The notes beneath the pieces are model-generated. The model was not told the DNA's origin, made no database searches, and saw only the letters and a list, made by a program, of their open reading frames with translations. Source: Ramazzottius varieornatus (lineage: Eukaryota > Animalia > Tardigrada). From it: a stretch of 64,000 bases of DNA. The stretch's first letter is position 1. Every line of letters starts with the position of its first letter. The translations under genes were made by a program, and so were the position numbers. Below, in pieces: positions 62,501 through 64,000 of this stretch. Location: the NCBI GenBank assembly GCA_001949185.1, contig BDGG01000003.1:4957092-5021091 (forward strand). Reading direction: 5' to 3'.

Positions 62501-63639
62501 TGCATCTCGTACTAGAAGTTCCCCATTCTACAGCCCGTTCAAGCAAACTCGTCACCACCCTTTCAAAAAATTGGTTCTCTTCCAATAACGATTTCTGAGA
62601 GCTGTTCCTAATTTTGCCTGATAGTCCCAACTTTCTCCTTTCAGAAAAGTAGTAGATATTCCCAATCGAGCTACCGTAGTCAAATTACTGATCATAAAAG
62701 CTCAAGGCTCGACCGGAGCAGTCGTTTAGAGGCCCTTGTTTTCCCGTTGTTTTTTCCAACGGTCGCAAAACAGACTTTTACTTCGAAAAATTTTGTTTGA
62801 GACAACCAAAAGATGATGTGCGGGGTACCGAAGTCACTCGAGAAGGTATCGTGGAACTGTAGCAGTTTTGGGAGCTGGGCAAACAAGGCGTATACGATCA
62901 TCATCTCGACTGACGCACTATTTCAGCCAGTAACAATAATATAGTGCGCCACTTGCAGGTAACAATCTTGTACCTTTGTTTACCCAGCCTTCCTTTTCTT
63001 GCTTGTGTGCGAGTGAGTGTGAGTGGTGGTGGCTCCTGTTGTGGTAGCGTGTAACGTGAAGCTTCATAGTCACTGTTTTGTTTCTCTTGTTTGGTAACGT
63101 AACCATCGCTCGTGCTCTGCTTCTCTTCTCAACAGTTACGGTCGTGATAACGGTAGCCGTGCCAATGGTGGCAGCAGTGATGATCCGGATGGCGGCTGGA
63201 TCCAAGTAAATCATCCAACAGCAGGCCAAGCAGATCACTCTGTATCTGCAGGCGGATGGTAAGACAGTTCCTATTTTATGCCAACTGTTTATCCTCTCAA
63301 CTTGTTCTTTCGGATAATAATAGTTTGCTGCTGCACGAATATTTGATATATGCCTAATGATTTACACAACAACGGTGATTTAGTTTCTAGACATATTCGC
63401 TCGTCTTCGTAAGATCAAAGTTAGCTGAGGGAAATAAGTTCAGGCAGAGACTTACAGTAACTTGCAAGTCACCGGAAATGCAATGAAATCAGAAAGTTTG
63501 CAGAGCTCTTGGGGAAATATACTCTGTGAAGTCTTGTGACTTGATGTCGCCCCCGTTTCTCGCAGTCTACAGGTATCGTGAAACCAGAGCTAAACTAAGA
63601 TCCATATTGAGCAATATCGAAGGACTAGGTGTCGTCTCA

Positions 63640-64000
63640 CCGGCCTCGCCTGCACGGTAATCTAGCCATGTGTTTGTGCTGCAACTGGTACTCGTACTAG
63701 TGCTGCCGGAAACGTTCAAGCTGGGCCACGCTATAGGACCGCAGCTTGCCGAGATTCTTGGCGTAGTTGTCTTGAAGATACTCCATCTGGCTGGAACCGT
63801 AGTCGCGGACTTTGGTTACTTGTTTCCAGTATTGGTCACGCGCACTGCCGAAAGGACGACGGTAGTTGCGGAAACGGTTGGTCTTCGTGTTGTAATGGTC
63901 ACGGAGACCTTCCATCTAAGCTGCGCAGGTGGCGCTCCCACTGACGTTGTCGAAGGTAGCAGATTGATCTGGTCGTCCAAGAATCGGACATCTTCACTGG
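63640..64000 (-). pseudogene. Fragment resembling the cytoplasmic helical region of Ig/LRR (iglr-2-like) receptors, with stop codons
   Basis: ARDQYWKQVTKVRDYGSSQMEYLQDNY...LRSYSVAQLERFR, recalled as similar to arthropod iglr-2-like proteins. In-frame TAG at 63916-63918 and 63697-63699. Confidence 0.4.

Overview
Compact, intron-rich animal genomic DNA with short GT-AG introns and closely spaced, often head-to-head genes. Gene content and style would fit a tardigrade-like ecdysozoan; this is inference only. The supplied ORF track is mostly exon fragments or noise, so gene models were spliced by hand. Recognisable genes: RhoBTB (partial), a sulfite oxidase with no visible heme domain, a receptor guanylate cyclase with an altered active site, PCYT1, a classical calpain, LAMTOR3, BBOF1/CCDC176, an Argos/scoloptoxin-11-like secreted protein, histidine ammonia-lyase with an MRNIP-like gene nested antisense in one intron, SRPRA and ACBP. 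Also present: a disabled Sola-like DDD transposase with a BED finger, small hydrophilic/LEA-like genes, several orphan genes, and degenerate LSM14-like and Ig/LRR-like copies. The most pervasive unexplained structure is a modular palindromic element, AAGTGGCGCAC-(about 25 nt)-GTGCGCCACTT, with roughly 60 units by eye, found in introns and intergenic DNA as 1-4 unit arrays inside shared terminal inverted repeats. No rRNA, tRNA or CRISPR array was seen.
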